A stretch of DNA of 64,000 bases from an uncultured virus (IMG/VR IMGVR_UViG_3300034418_009100) (taxonomy: Duplodnaviria > Heunggongvirae > Uroviricota > Caudoviricetes), in IMG/VR virus record IMGVR_UViG_3300034418_009100. One strand, 5' to 3'. The notes beneath the pieces were generated by a model, which was given only the letters and a program-made list of their open reading frames with translations, was not told where the DNA came from and did not search any database. The first letter of the stretch is position 1. Every line of letters begins with the position of its first letter. Below are positions 57,457 to 64,000 of this stretch, in pieces. A program made the position numbers and the translations under genes.

Positions 57457-58461
57457 ATGTTAAGATATGAAGACATAAAACAAGTCCATTTAGAAATTTC
57501 TTCACTATGCAATGCTAGGTGTCCTTTATGTCCTAGAAATTTTCGTGGCTATAATTATAACGATGGATATATTGAAAGGAATCTAACGTTAGATGACGTA
57601 AAAAAAATATTTCAAGTTGACTTTTTAAAACAATTATCTAAAATACGAATTAACGGGAATTTTGGAGATATCGTTATGAATCCAGAAGGACCAGAAATTG
57701 TCAAATATTTTAAATCTGCTAATTCTAAACTTCAAATTACTATAAGCACTAACGGAAGTGGCAGATCTAAGAATTTTTGGCACCGGCTTGCTGAAAATGC
57801 AGAGATAGATTTTTGTTTAGATGGGCTAAAAGACACTCACACATTGTACCGGCAAAATACAGATTGGAAAACTATTATAAAAAATGCACAACATGTTATT
57901 AAAAACAATGGTGTAGCCAACTGGAAATTTATTTTATTTGACCACAATAAACATCAAGTCGAAGAAGCAAAAAAACTAGCAATGGACCTTGGATTTAGAC
58001 AATTCAAACTCGTCGATCATGGAAGGAATACGGGACCCGTTTTTGATAAAAAAGGAAATTTATCGCATGTAATTGGAAATTATAAAGGAGAGACTAGTTT
58101 TCCAATTTTGTTTCATAAGAAAAAAACAGACATGGTTCTTGTTGAAGATATTATAGAAAACAGAGAACCAAAATTTAATATAAAATGTCAAACAAAAAAA
58201 GATTCAGAAATTTATATAACATCAACTGGTGAAGTTTATCCTTGCTGTTTTACAGGATTTAGTCCTAGGACATATGGGCACGGAGAATATCATGAAGCCG
58301 TTAATCAACAGATAAAAGATTTGCTACCAAAAAATAATAATGCTTTAGAAAATACATTAGAGGAATGCGTTAGTTGGTTTAATAAAATTCAAAATAGTTG
58401 GAAAATTCAGTCATATGAGCAGGGAAGACTTATTGTTTGTGATGATAATTGTGGATTATGA
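57457..58461 (+). CDS. radical SAM protein with C-terminal SPASM/twitch-like domain
   Basis: CNARCPLC, STNG, C..IYI..GEVYPCC..CDDNC; AT-rich. Confidence 0.9.
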   Translation: MLRYEDIKQVHLEISSLCNARCPLCPRNFRGYNYNDGYIERNLTLDDVKKIFQVDFLKQLSKIRINGNFGDIVMNPEGPEIVKYFKSANSKLQITISTNGSGRSKNFWHRLAENAEIDFCLDGLKDTHTLYRQNTDWKTIIKNAQHVIKNNGVANWKFILFDHNKHQVEEAKKLAMDLGFRQFKLVDHGRNTGPVFDKKGNLSHVIGNYKGETSFPILFHKKKTDMVLVEDIIENREPKFNIKCQTKKDSEIYITSTGEVYPCCFTGFSPRTYGHGEYHEAVNQQIKDLLPKNNNALENTLEECVSWFNKIQNSWKIQSYEQGRLIVCDDNCGL

Positions 58462-58491
58462 TACTAAATATAACTAATCCGGAGTGAATTA

Positions 58492-58740
58492 GTGCAACGC
58501 AAGACTCGTAGCATATTAGAAGAATTAGACACCTTTAGATCGCCTAAAGACCGTGAAAATCTAATAGAATCACGTGCAAATCACGTAATTCAGGGTGCTA
58601 TCAACCTCATAAATTTCATTCGTGAAAACTATGACGCCACTCAGTCTGAAGAGTTAGAACGTAGATTGCTTAACAGTATCAGAGCACAAGATTCTTCCAA
58701 ATTCAGCCGTGGCGTAAAACGTATCAAAAATGAAAATTAA
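58492..58740 (+). CDS. hypothetical late protein
   Basis: 82 aa, GGAG RBS, TAAATA at 58465. Confidence 0.7.
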   Translation: MQRKTRSILEELDTFRSPKDRENLIESRANHVIQGAINLINFIRENYDATQSEELERRLLNSIRAQDSSKFSRGVKRIKNEN

Positions 58741-59362
58741 AGACGTTATTGTAGAACAGGGTGTAGGTCAAGAACTGTGGCGTCGAGCTACACTGCGTCC
58801 TGAGCAAAAACGGGAACTCGAGCAACTTGAAACAATGTTAGTAAGATTAACAAAACTACCGTTGCAACGAGTACAAAAGAACAGTAAAGATATTTTAAAG
58901 CAATACAAAGAACTTTTGAATCGTAACGATGATTGGGAAAAAGATCCTATTGGCAGAGAAGTAGCATTAGCAAAAGCAATTAGTCCTTATTATCCGGATA
59001 CGGCCGAGCAAATTATCGCTGCGTATAGTGGTGAGAAAAAAGAAATAAACAAAACGCAGCAACAGCCATCAGCCGCAGTACAGACAAAACAACCGGCACA
59101 ACAAACTAGACAATCGGTTATCCCTAGAGAACAAGGATTTGTTACCACTGTGATTGCACCAACAGCAGGTGGTGATAGAAAGTTCTGGTATGATGGAAAA
59201 AACTGGAAAGAATATTTTGGGTCAAATTGGCCAAACGATCTTCAAACATCGCAATCAGTGACAGATGACAGAGTAATTGATTACATCGCAAAACAAGTTG
59301 CATTAAAGAATACCAGTAAAGTTCCTTACGGAACAACTAAACAAACTAAAAGAAAATCATGA
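58730..59362 (+). CDS. hypothetical, putative head-associated protein
   Basis: MKIKDVIVE start. Confidence 0.65.
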   Translation: MKIKDVIVEQGVGQELWRRATLRPEQKRELEQLETMLVRLTKLPLQRVQKNSKDILKQYKELLNRNDDWEKDPIGREVALAKAISPYYPDTAEQIIAAYSGEKKEINKTQQQPSAAVQTKQPAQQTRQSVIPREQGFVTTVIAPTAGGDRKFWYDGKNWKEYFGSNWPNDLQTSQSVTDDRVIDYIAKQVALKNTSKVPYGTTKQTKRKS

Positions 59363-60627
59363 AGTTATTTGAAATCCGTAACACGGCCCCTCGTTGGCAA
59401 CTGTGCGAAGCTGCAGAAGGTAAAAATCTACACCTTGAACATATTGAGGATTTGGTATTCAACGAAGGATACTTGGGCGCACAACGTGCTTTAAACTATC
59501 TTGAAAGCCTGCGTCAAATGTTAGCAGAAGGTGCTGGCCCTGCTAGTGCTCGTATTACAGTTAAATGGGACGGTGCTCCGGCAATTATCTGCGGCACAGA
59601 TCCTGTAGATGGTCGTTTTTTTGTGGGCACTAAGTCTGTGTTTACAAAAACAGAGCCCAAGGTCTGCAAAACACCAGGAGACATTAAAAAGTTTTATGGT
59701 GATAGACCCGAACTGTCAGAAAAACTCAGCCTTGCCTTAAAGTATCTGAGCAAATTAGGCATTGGCGGTGTGCTACAGGGCGACTTAATGTTTACACCTG
59801 GTGACATTGAACAAACACAAATTGACGGTGAAGATGTCTATGTGTTTACACCCAATACTATCAGTTACGCAGTACCTGTTAACAGTGAATTAGGTCAGCG
59901 CATCGCTAGTGCCAAAATAGGAATTATTTTCCACACTGCTTATGATGGCAGCAGTCTACCAGAAATGACTGCCAGTTTTGGCGCTGAGGTATCCGGGCTT
60001 AACCGCAGTCGTGATGTGTGGTTTGATGACGCTACATACAAAGATTTGACTGGTGTTGCCAGTTTAACACCACAAGAAAATAGACAGATTGCGTCAGTGT
60101 TACGTGCTGGTGCTACTACACTACAAAAATTACAGAAAAACAAGTTCGACGTCATCTTAGGTAATCCAGAGTTTAGTCAGTATATCAAGCCTTTTATCAA
60201 CAACATGGTCAAAGGTGGAGAACAGGTTGGAGAGCCTATTCAGTTTTTAAATGACTTCTTGGAATTTTATCGTGGCAAGATGCAAGACCAAATCGAAAAA
60301 CTAAAAGGCGGACCTGAAAGCCGAGCAGCCCAAGCACGTATTGAAAAGATCCAGCAAAACGAGCAGTTTGTGGAAGATAACACCAACACACTGCTGGGTA
60401 TATTAGCAGTCTATAAACGTATTATTGAGGCAAAAATGCTGATTTTACGCAAACTACAGACTATAGAAAGCATTGGCACTTTCTTAAAAACCGACACAGG
60501 CTATAGAGTTACCGCACCAGAAGGGTTTGTTGCCATAGGACACGATGGTGGCGCAGTTAAACTGGTAGACAGAATCGAATTTAGCCGTGAAAACTTCCTG
60601 GCCACCAAAGCCTGGAGCAAAACCTAA
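59359..60627 (+). CDS. ligase-like nucleotidyltransferase-fold phage protein
   Basis: TVKWDGAPA (motif I KxDG), LQGDLMF, PEGFV..AVKLVDR.EFS. Confidence 0.6.
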   Translation: MKLFEIRNTAPRWQLCEAAEGKNLHLEHIEDLVFNEGYLGAQRALNYLESLRQMLAEGAGPASARITVKWDGAPAIICGTDPVDGRFFVGTKSVFTKTEPKVCKTPGDIKKFYGDRPELSEKLSLALKYLSKLGIGGVLQGDLMFTPGDIEQTQIDGEDVYVFTPNTISYAVPVNSELGQRIASAKIGIIFHTAYDGSSLPEMTASFGAEVSGLNRSRDVWFDDATYKDLTGVASLTPQENRQIASVLRAGATTLQKLQKNKFDVILGNPEFSQYIKPFINNMVKGGEQVGEPIQFLNDFLEFYRGKMQDQIEKLKGGPESRAAQARIEKIQQNEQFVEDNTNTLLGILAVYKRIIEAKMLILRKLQTIESIGTFLKTDTGYRVTAPEGFVAIGHDGGAVKLVDRIEFSRENFLATKAWSKT

Positions 60628-60704
60628 CCTATCCCAACCATTTTTTTCCAAAGGCATAAATAATTGTATGCGTTTCGACGCAGACTTTTTAAAGGAATAA
60701 GAAA

Positions 60705-61091
60705 ATGGCAGTATTTACACGTACAAATGGTAGCGCCGAAACAGTAGTAAGCGTTGGTGCAGTTTCTGTTAGCGCAGAAACATCCAGTACACCAATCATG
60801 GTTGGTGTTGGCCCAAGCCCAATTGAATTCAGAACCCTAGTAGCAAACGCTACAATGGCCGCTGAAATGGGTACAGGCGAAGCAGTTGAAGCTCTACTCA
60901 AGTGGTTAGGCACAACTTCGACAATCCTAGGATACCAAGTTGACACAACAACACTAAGTGTTATGACACAAGCAGCCGACACAACAAGTTGGACAGCAGC
61001 AAATGCTAACACCGCTCTAGACGGTGATAGTATTATTAACATCCGTGTTCAAAGCGTTAACGACACAGGCTTTAAACTAGCAACAAGTTAA
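60705..61091 (+). CDS. small putative structural protein
   Basis: MAVFTRTNG; TAAATA at 60657, AAGGA RBS, own terminator. Confidence 0.7.
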   Translation: MAVFTRTNGSAETVVSVGAVSVSAETSSTPIMVGVGPSPIEFRTLVANATMAAEMGTGEAVEALLKWLGTTSTILGYQVDTTTLSVMTQAADTTSWTAANANTALDGDSIINIRVQSVNDTGFKLATS

Positions 61092-61107
61092 TTCTACGGA
61101 AATTAGC

Positions 61108-61140
61108 AAAGAAGGCAGCAATTATGCTGCCTTTTTTGTT
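61108..61140 (+). terminator. intrinsic terminator
   Basis: AAGGCAGCA/TGCTGCCTT plus T run. Confidence 0.85.
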
Positions 61141-61158
61141 GGCTATAAATATTTGACC

Positions 61159-61560
61159 ATGCGTGATATATTAATGACCACACTGGTAGACATTACCAAC
61201 ACTGGTGTAATCAAAGGTGAAAGCCCGGAACGTGATCAAATGCGTAACTGGCAGTCAGTGCTACAGGTCTTGGGACTGCGTACACAAGTAAATGTTATAG
61301 CAGGTCCTGAAGTGTTCCAGTTAGAAGACCTTGAAGGTTTAGACTTTGGTGAAGATTATCGGGGACAGCACAACGTATGGGCCATGCGTTTTTGTGAAAT
61401 GGACGCCAACGACATTTATTCAGTCAAAGAACTTAGAGAAGATTTCAATGAAGTGCCTGTTATTGTAGGATTAGAAGAAACTGCACGCTTCATGCTGCCT
61501 ATATTTTTCAGCTACGGCACACTAAAAAACATACACTTTAGATATAACGAGCACAGATAA
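61159..61560 (+). CDS. hypothetical late protein
   Basis: TLVDITNTG; TATAAATA at 61144. Confidence 0.7.
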   Translation: MRDILMTTLVDITNTGVIKGESPERDQMRNWQSVLQVLGLRTQVNVIAGPEVFQLEDLEGLDFGEDYRGQHNVWAMRFCEMDANDIYSVKELREDFNEVPVIVGLEETARFMLPIFFSYGTLKNIHFRYNEHR

Positions 61561-61649
61561 ATATTAGTTGATGCTACGGCACCACTAGGCACTCTTTATG
61601 GCTCACACTGGCTTACTAAAAAAGCATCGTATAACTATACGAGAATATA

Positions 61650-61910
61650 ATGTCATCTACAGAGATAGAGAAAAAGAACCTGGAGGCGCACGTAGAACTA
61701 TGTGCTGAAAGGTATGAAGCTTTGGACCACAAATTAACAAACTTGGACAACAGGTTAACCAAAGTCGAAGAGCACGTTATTGCGATACGTGATAACATCA
61801 CTCAAAAAACAGGTGGCATTAACAAACAGACAATCACAATGTTAAGTGGAGTAGCCGGAATACTGCTAACTACTATACTAGGATTGTTATTACACTTGGC
61901 AACCAAATAA
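61650..61910 (+). CDS. coiled-coil protein with a C-terminal transmembrane helix
   Basis: LEAHVELCAERY coiled coil; ITMLSGVAGILLTTILGLLLHL. Confidence 0.75.
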   Translation: MSSTEIEKKNLEAHVELCAERYEALDHKLTNLDNRLTKVEEHVIAIRDNITQKTGGINKQTITMLSGVAGILLTTILGLLLHLATK

Positions 61911-61911
61911 C

Positions 61912-62130
61912 GTGAAGATCGTCGAAGTAACCAAATCATTCTCAGTGGCTATCACTAACGAAGAAGCAGACTTGTACATCAAGTTTGACACAGATACGCC
62001 CATGATGAAACGTCATGAAATGACTGAGCAACAAATAATAACGGCCAATCAACTAGTAAACAAAGATTTATTAATACGTAAAAAGAATGAAGACGGCCAA
62101 ATCATCTATAGAAAAAGAAGTAGCAGGTAA
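61912..62130 (+). CDS. hypothetical protein
   Basis: 72 aa in an operon. Confidence 0.65.
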   Translation: MKIVEVTKSFSVAITNEEADLYIKFDTDTPMMKRHEMTEQQIITANQLVNKDLLIRKKNEDGQIIYRKRSSR

Positions 62131-62617
62131 ACTGCTGGTAGACGTTGCGTTTGAACGAGCACATCGTTGGACAGAACGCGAGTTCAATCAACTAAGATAC
62201 AAAGAAGATTTTATCATACATGTACCCATGTCTAAACGTTCGTGGGCAGTGGGCAAATTTGATCTAACCTTAGTGGGCGATCATCGTTGGCACTTAACTG
62301 ATAGAGACCGAATTGACCTAACGTTTTACAGCAGAAAAGCCGCAGTATTTTATGCGTACTTTACTCAACGTCGACAGTACAAATTAGCGGATCCTCTGGT
62401 TAGATCGGATCAGGATGTTGCCAAATACAGAGATGAACTAGAATTTTATAGCCAAAAACTTGCAAAACAATTGAAAAATAAAAAAATAACATTTGACACA
62501 CAACTGTATCAAAGCAGGTATTTAGAAAGTCGAGCACGGTACAATAGTGCTAGAAAAGAACTAGAAAAAACTCTAAACCAAACTAAATATACTAAAGTTT
62601 GGGACCAAATATTATGA
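62087..62617 (+). CDS. hypothetical protein
   Basis: 176 aa in an operon. Confidence 0.65.
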   Translation: MKTAKSSIEKEVAGKLLVDVAFERAHRWTEREFNQLRYKEDFIIHVPMSKRSWAVGKFDLTLVGDHRWHLTDRDRIDLTFYSRKAAVFYAYFTQRRQYKLADPLVRSDQDVAKYRDELEFYSQKLAKQLKNKKITFDTQLYQSRYLESRARYNSARKELEKTLNQTKYTKVWDQIL

Positions 62618-63312
62618 ACTTAAAAGAATTAGCACCAAAGCCTACAAAGCGATTTAACAAAGTTATGGAAAGCCGTTTCGGCTTCGCCATCGACTATGAC
62701 AACCTAAGTCCAGTTAAGGCACAAAAGATGAGTTTCGCCATTGGCGAGCAACTAACAAAAATCCGTCAAAGTTACGGAGCACATACCGCAGAGCAAAACC
62801 CCAAGTATATGGAAATGCTCATGGTACGTGAAGGCTTAGATGCTTGGTTGGCAGAAAACTTTGATGGAGAAGTTGAGCCTCAACAGCAACTAACAGAAGG
62901 TGAATTAGAAACCGCTGAAGTAGTATTGGCTGCAAAAGACATGCAGGACAGTGTACAGGCAATGGTTGAAGACGCCAGCAAGATGCTTAACGAGCAATTG
63001 CCCCCATTGTTAGATACCATCCGTGACCAAGTTGGTGTAGCACAAGGTGATCAGTTTAGAAATACTGTAGCACCAGCACTGCAAACACTATTAGATCAGT
63101 TAAACACAGCACGTGACACACTAGATCAAGCAAGCCGCGCACTAGCAGGTGAGCAAACTGCTGAGCCAATGTCCATGGGCGGTGAAGAACCCGCTGCCGA
63201 ATTACCTGGTGGTGATGAAGACTTAAGCGACCTAGACAGCGAAGATGATGGTTTTGCTACCAGCGACGCTGCTGCAGGTGGTGAAGAAGAAATGGGCAGA
63301 GAGCGCCGCTAA
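62614..63312 (+). CDS. hypothetical head/scaffold-like protein
   Basis: ATG at 62614; LTE site, acidic tail ending MGRERR. Confidence 0.7.
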   Translation: MNLKELAPKPTKRFNKVMESRFGFAIDYDNLSPVKAQKMSFAIGEQLTKIRQSYGAHTAEQNPKYMEMLMVREGLDAWLAENFDGEVEPQQQLTEGELETAEVVLAAKDMQDSVQAMVEDASKMLNEQLPPLLDTIRDQVGVAQGDQFRNTVAPALQTLLDQLNTARDTLDQASRALAGEQTAEPMSMGGEEPAAELPGGDEDLSDLDSEDDGFATSDAAAGGEEEMGRERR

Positions 63313-63689
63313 TGCGTCTAAGCGAATTTGCAGGAGACAACCCAGACAGGAGCAGTGACTTATATGCAAATGTAGTCACTGCTCTTAGTCTCATGCAGAA
63401 TCAAATTAAAGATAAAAAACTTAAAGCAGAAATTCCCACAGAACTGGTATTACGATATATTCGTAATACTGGAATGGCTGGTTTTAGTTATCAGGACCTT
63501 GTTGCTGCTAATTCCCAAGAGCCAGCAATGAAATCAATAGTAAAAAATATCACACCAGACACTGTTACTGTAAACACTGACACTGCTGCAGACGTTGAAA
63601 ATCCAGACGAAGTAGCGCAGGCAGTAGACAACCCAGAACAAGTTGTTTCGAACATGGCCAAAGACGCCATGGCTCGTAGACAAGACTAA
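63312..63689 (+). CDS. hypothetical protein
   Basis: MRLSEF start, TAATG overlap. Confidence 0.7.
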   Translation: MRLSEFAGDNPDRSSDLYANVVTALSLMQNQIKDKKLKAEIPTELVLRYIRNTGMAGFSYQDLVAANSQEPAMKSIVKNITPDTVTVNTDTAADVENPDEVAQAVDNPEQVVSNMAKDAMARRQD

Positions 63690-63725
63690 TTAAATACTGT
63701 ATAATATTTTTTTTAGGAAGATACT

Positions 63726-64000
63726 ATGGCGTATTCTGATAAAGTTCTGGACCACTATGAAAACCCCCGTAACGTAGGCAGTTTTGCCAAAGATGAGCCA
63801 GGCGTTGGCACGGGCATGGTTGGTGCTCCGGCTTGCGGTGACGTCATGAAATTACAGATCAAAGTAGACAACGGTGTAATCACAGATGCACGGTTTAAAA
63901 CTTATGGGTGCGGTTCGGCAATTGCAAGTTCCAGCTTAGTTACAGAGTGGGTCAAAGGAAGAACATTAGATTCTGCTGCCCAAATCACCAATAGTGAAAT
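63726..64000 (+). CDS. iscU: Fe-S cluster scaffold IscU (truncated by the window end)
   Basis: MAYSDKVLDHYENPRNVGS..GMVGAPACGDVMKLQI..ARFKTYGCGSAIASSS; not in the ORF track. Confidence 0.95.
   Translation, partial: MAYSDKVLDHYENPRNVGSFAKDEPGVGTGMVGAPACGDVMKLQIKVDNGVITDARFKTYGCGSAIASSSLVTEWVKGRTLDSAAQITNSE

Noticed and set aside
1..64000. Alternative genetic code or suppressor tRNA
   Set aside because: Core genes are uninterrupted in code 11, all three stop codons end genes, and no CTA/TTA/TCA anticodon is present.

Overview
This window is a 64-kb segment of a large T4-related myovirus (jumbo-phage-like genome), read almost entirely on the + strand in the standard genetic code. It carries virion genes (neck, tail sheath, tail tube, head-completion nuclease, terminase, fibre-like proteins) and a T4-type replication/recombination set (gp32 SSB, UvsX, UvsY, UvsW, primase, helicase, clamp-loader-like subunit) together with a very small DnaE-like polymerase core. 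Auxiliary metabolism includes guaC, nadE, a rubredoxin, a partial iscU and a nucleotide-sugar cluster (two SDR dehydratases, RfbH, an FkbM methyltransferase, a split TPP enzyme). Several AT-rich accessory genes interrupt core operons. A 15-tRNA array lies at 26.3-29.1 kb. The most unusual signal is inside that array: five (possibly six) cassettes share a conserved terminal stem (ACCATATTGAAGCACAT...GTGTGCTTCAATATGGT, with compensatory changes and an invariant U-G pair) around unrelated structured cargo, plus a separate ~210-nt GC-rich structured RNA. Other candidates are a 3'-UTR hairpin whose loop is antisense to the ribosome-binding sites of two early genes, a TAC-N4-GTA operator abutting early promoters, and TAAATA late promoters placed inside hairpins. 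All protein calls come from motif recognition by eye; no database searches were run.
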